A stretch of DNA of 8,828 nucleotides from the NCBI GenBank assembly GCA_000004985.1, contig GG739054.1. One strand, 5' to 3'. A program made the position numbers and the translations under genes. Positions 5,701 to 8,828 of this stretch are shown in pieces (positions within the stretch are counted from its first letter, which is position 1; every line of letters begins with the position of its first letter). The stretch comes from Naegleria gruberi. Taxonomy: Eukaryota. The notes beneath the pieces are model-generated. The model saw only the letters and a list, made by a program, of their open reading frames with translations, made no database searches and was not told the origin of the DNA.

Positions 5701-6083
5701 NNNNNNNNNNNNNNNNNNNNNNNNNNNNNNNNNNNNNNNNNNNNNNNNNNNNNNNNNNNNNNNNNNNNNNNNNNNNNNNNNNNNNNNNNNNNNNNNNNNN
5801 NNNNNNNNNNNNNNNNNNNNNNNNNNNNNNNNNNNNNNNNNNNNNNNNNNNNNNNNNNNNNNNNNNNNNNNNNNNNNNNNNNNNNNNNNNNNNNNNNNNN
5901 NNNNNNNNNNNNNNNNNNNNNNNNNNNNNNNNNNNNNNNNNNNNNNNNNNNNNNNNNNNNNNNNNNNNNNNNNNNNNNNNNNNNNNNNNNNNNNNNNNNN
6001 NNNNNNNNNNNNNNNNNNNNNNNNNNNNNNNNNNNNNNNNNNNNNNNNNNNNNNNNNNNNNNNNNNNNNNNNNNNNNNNNNNN
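2725..6083. other. Assembly gap of 3359 N. It hides the 3' ends of two convergent genes (2116+ on the plus strand, 6794- on the minus strand).
   Basis: An uninterrupted run of 'n'. The non-round length suggests a gap size estimated from pairing or mapping information. The ORFs 2549..6118(+), 2656..6114(-) and most of 2709..6788(-) in the supplied track are artefacts of translating N as X. Confidence 0.99.
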
Positions 6084-6794
6084 CTTCACACCCTTTGTTG
6101 CAACCAGTGAACAATTAGAAACGAGGAGATTGACGCTTGTCCACGATTTAATGTCTGCCTTCTTCATCTTAATCTTTCTATAATAGCAAATTCCATACTT
6201 TTTCTTTGGTTCTTTGAGTTTGATAATTTGAGAAGTGATATTCTTTCCAGCAACTTCAAACATGACAAGTCTTGTTCTAAATTCTGAAGTGTCCAAAACT
6301 GAAATCTTGAATCTCTTTCCAGCTGAAATTTTAATATAGAGTTGAGTATTGTCACCGTGAGGTGAGAATGGGAAGACAATAGTCTTTTTTGATGGATCCA
6401 CATACTTGTTTGGAGATGTGATTTTGCGAGTGAGGTCAGCAAAAGAAATGTGAGCACTTGCTGATACGATAATACAGCACTCTTTAGCTCCCTTGAATGG
6501 TTTGAATCCAGATAAGCATTTCAAGACGATGTGCTTTCCAAGCCATGAACCTGATGATTTCAGCTCAACAAGAGAAAGTATGGCAGTGCAAACCTTTTCA
6601 TTTCTCAAAGTATCTTCATCCCAAATTTCAACAAGACAATCTCTGGTTCCATCCACATCTGTACAGAACAAATCAAATTCCCAATCAGGATTTGGGTCAT
6701 CTTGCACACATTTTGTTTTAAATGTTTTGGTTTGTCCTCCAATAATCGGAACAATAACAACAGCATAGGCATCAATCGAAGATAACAAATCGGC
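6084..6794 (-). CDS. Exon 2 of a C2-domain protein gene (ADLLSSIDAYAVVIVPIIGGQTKTFKTKCVQDDPNPDWEFDLFCTDVDGTRDCLVEIWDEDTLRNEKVCTAILSL... continuing into the gap). Downstream sequence is of unknown domain.
   Basis: A 237-codon open frame on the minus strand in AT-rich DNA. C2 hallmarks: a hydrophobic beta-strand start, 'K...DPNPDWEFDLF' (cf. C2 'TLNPVWNE.F.F') and 'LVEIWDEDTL' (cf. 'L.V.V.D.D'). It is preceded by the acceptor 'catttAG|' at 6795 and is in phase with exon 1. Confidence 0.7.
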
Positions 6795-6912
6795 CTAAAT
6801 GATGATCATAAATTCAATGCAATTAATAACAACAACATCATCATATGGTAAACAAATCAATAGAGAATTTTAAAACATTAAAAAATCAAATTGTGATGAA
6901 ATTTCTTCTTAC

Positions 6913-6966
6913 CTTTGGAAGATCTCTTCCGCAATGCAAAGTAAGATTAAGGCTAAGCGAGTTCAT
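6913..6966 (-). CDS. Exon 1 of the C2-domain protein gene (MNSLSLNLTLHCGRDLPK), the first beta-strand of the C2 domain.
   Basis: ATG is at 6964-6966 (minus) in an A-rich context (ataaaaaATG). The 18 codons end at a consensus donor AAG|GTAAGA. The 118-bp intron 6795-6912 ends in TTTAG. The join gives '...LTLHCGRDLPKADLLSSIDAYAVVIV', a canonical C2 N-terminus (L.V.V..A..L...D). Confidence 0.6.
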
Positions 6967-7547
6967 TTTTTATAAAATTAAAATACTTAAATTTAATAAC
7001 AAAATAAATTAATTATCGGGTGATTGGGATATTTGATGAAGAATATGATGATGACATTATTCATTGGGAAATCATTTAATACAATGAGAATCTGTGGAGG
7101 AAGAGAATTAAGACACTCTCATAATTTTTACAAATGGAGAAGGAGAACTTCTTGAAATTTGAGATTAAAATTATCTCTCAAGATTCAACTAAAAAGCACC
7201 TCTTGTGGAACAAATTAATATTAATTATTCAATTATTGAATACAGTATTATTATCGCTCTGTATTTCAATTAATTTAGAGATATATGCATTTTTAAATCC
7301 TTATTGAATAATAATATCCCATTCCGAAATTATCAACATCAAGCTGAGCAATAACAACATAAAATAAATTCCAAATAAGTTGCTGAATCGTTCTTTAACT
7401 GTAATTTATTTTTCTTTTGTCCTTATTCTGTTTTTTTATAACGATTTAACTCTAGTAAGACATTACACATCTCAAGCTCCTCCTCCAACACATAACCAAC
7501 ATAAAGAGAGTCAAACGCAAGTTGGATAACAATAACAGAAAAAAAAT

Positions 7548-7577
7548 CAACAACAACAAGAACAACAATAAGAACAA
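7548..7577 (+). repeat. Imperfect (CAA/AAC)n microsatellite in the intergenic or 5' region of the 7599 gene.
   Basis: 'caacaacaacaagaacaacaataagaacaa'. Confidence 0.5.
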
Positions 7578-7598
7578 TTATTTTGTTGTATATAAAGA

Positions 7599-8375
7599 AT
7601 GACCTCCACTTCTTACTCAACTAGTTTAATCGGCTATAGCGCACTCTGGCAATTACTTAAAGGTTTATTGGTCTCCGTGTGGACATGTGTTGTGATGTTG
7701 GCTGAACAATCGTATGAAGGTTGTGTGCTGGATTTGAATGGATACTTTTTAATGCATGAGAATATACTTGATTTACATAATTTATATGAGAGGGACAATC
7801 AGAGTGTTGGCATTCCTGCTGTTGCTTCTTCTAAGGGTGTTGCTGCCTTACCAAAACCAATTCTCGTCAGAACCAAATCCATTTCCATCTCTCCAATATC
7901 AAAGGTTGCTTCCTCTTCAAAACTTCAACCAATCCTGATGAAACAAGCTTCCAATCTTCACTTGACCATTCCAATTATTTCGGTACAACAAGAAGTAGAG
8001 CCATCGATTCCAAAACTCAAAAAGAGTCCTTCCAAGTCAATTGTCCACACTACCAACACAAGATTCCATCAAATTACTCCACCAATTTCTCCTCTTGGCA
8101 ACTTTACATTCCCAGCTGTGAGCTCCAATTCACAAACTCTGTTAGTTCCTCAATTCGAGCTTTTGAATACTCCACCTCCACAACAATCTGCCACCAATCA
8201 AGATTTCAAATCCACTTCTTTCCATACTACTAGTAAGAAGAGACTTTCATTTTCTGCCTTCTCATACGAATTTAATTCAACAACAACAACAAGAGGTAGA
8301 GCTGCCACCATTCAAACTATTGTTCCAAAGCCAGTCATTGAAATCAAACGAATCAAATCCAACTCTCACATGTAA
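7599..8375 (+). CDS. Hypothetical Ser/Thr/Pro-rich protein of 258 aa with an N-proximal hydrophobic segment (SALWQLLKGLLVSVWTCVVMLA). No recognisable domain.
   Basis: A single 777-nt ORF, unusually long for AT-rich DNA. Its composition is rich in TCN/ACN/CCN codons, which is atypical of random AT-rich sequence. The stop at 8373-8375 abuts AATAAA (8375-8380). A TATATAAA motif lies only 3 nt upstream of the ATG, so the true start could be a downstream ATG (e.g. Met33), or the TSS may lie further upstream. Confidence 0.55.
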   Translation: MTSTSYSTSLIGYSALWQLLKGLLVSVWTCVVMLAEQSYEGCVLDLNGYFLMHENILDLHNLYERDNQSVGIPAVASSKGVAALPKPILVRTKSISISPISKVASSSKLQPILMKQASNLHLTIPIISVQQEVEPSIPKLKKSPSKSIVHTTNTRFHQITPPISPLGNFTFPAVSSNSQTLLVPQFELLNTPPPQQSATNQDFKSTSFHTTSKKRLSFSAFSYEFNSTTTTRGRAATIQTIVPKPVIEIKRIKSNSHM

Positions 8376-8380
8376 ATAAA
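8375..8380 (+). promoter_or_regulatory. AATAAA poly(A) signal abutting the stop codon of the 7599-8375 gene.
   Basis: 'catgTAAATAAAtacg'. The stop codon's final A is shared with the hexamer. Confidence 0.4.
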
Positions 8381-8828
8381 TACGAATTAATTGATATCAA
8401 TTTAACCACAAAGAAATTGAAACAGATGTGCATTGCTTAATGTGTGTAGTTTGTTAATAACGAACTCCACGTACATTAAACAAACTGGCTTTCTTCTCAA
8501 CCTTACACTGCGCTATAAGAAATCTTCTCTGTAGTAGAAGTTATCTCCTCCAATAATTTTCCTTTTCAACGAGGCATTCTTTAAAATTGTTTAATGCACA
8601 TGTAGAGAATAGTCTTGTGGAGGTGGAATTATTGGTGATGCAAAGTATTAAGATGAAATATAAAGAACCATTCCCTTTGGGGAGCCTATTTGAATTTCTA
8701 AATTGGCCAAAAACCTGACAAACGAGGTTTGATGTCAGCTGTAAGCACACAAACAAAAACGCATGAAAGGATCACTTAAAAAAAATGCCAGCAATAAACC
8801 TGTCAAATGCCAGCAGCAGACTTCAAAC

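Noticed and set aside
2549-6118. 1189-aa plus-strand ORF, together with the 1152-aa and 1359-aa minus-strand ORFs, in the supplied track.
   Set aside because: They consist almost entirely of X from translating the 3359-N gap. Only the real-sequence ends (2559-2724 plus strand; 6084-6794 minus strand) are meaningful, and those are annotated separately.
6164-6768. ORFs 6164..6457 (-) and 6493..6768 (+) inside the C2-domain exon.
   Set aside because: These are alternative or antisense frames of a region whose minus-strand frame carries clear C2 motifs. They are shorter and have no similarity.
7423-7938. ORFs 7423..7620 (-) and 7756..7938 (+) near or inside the 7599-8375 gene.
   Set aside because: The first lies in the AT-rich, microsatellite-containing upstream region, antisense. 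The second is an internal alternative frame of the longer ORF (poly-Leu from CTT/CTG repeats). Neither has support.
8541-8756. 71-aa minus-strand ORF downstream of the 7599-8375 gene.
   Set aside because: No motif, a weak start context, and an odd Cys/Asn-rich composition. It is more likely non-coding 3' flank. It cannot be fully excluded as a small protein.

Overview
This is an AT-rich, gene-dense eukaryotic nuclear window with spliceosomal GT-AG introns, a pol III tRNA gene and AATAAA poly(A) signals. It is not prokaryotic. I cannot place the organism beyond a compact-genome eukaryote (protist, fungus or small-genome invertebrate).

Features, left to right:
- (a) 8-184 (+): a partial terminal exon of an off-window gene with a hydrophobic C-terminus.
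- (b) 414-1110 (-): a two-exon gene encoding a protein with a CxxC...CxxC zinc-binding domain of Yippee/Mis18 type and an acidic tail.
- (c) 1337-1723 (+): a tRNA-Gly(GCC) gene split in its T-loop by a ~309-bp insertion flanked by a 7-bp direct duplication (TTCAATT). Removing the insertion and one repeat copy restores a perfect 72-nt cloverleaf.
- (d) 1914-2724+ (+): a gene whose first exon looks like an F-box and whose downstream exons encode a Rab-like small-GTPase domain with degenerate G1 and G3 motifs. It runs into the gap.
- (e) 2725-6083: a 3359-bp run of N (assembly gap). It makes the two giant 'X' ORFs in the supplied track artefacts.
- (f) 6084-6966 (-): a gene with a C2 domain, with a tiny first exon and a 118-bp intron. 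Its 3' end is in the gap.
- (g) 7599-8375 (+): a Ser/Thr/Pro-rich 258-aa orphan ORF.

All three gene 3' ends visible here have the stop codon embedded in or abutting an AATAAA hexamer.

The most interesting items are the transposon-interrupted tRNA gene, whose insert has internal junction-like repeats, and the apparent F-box plus pseudo-GTPase domain combination.
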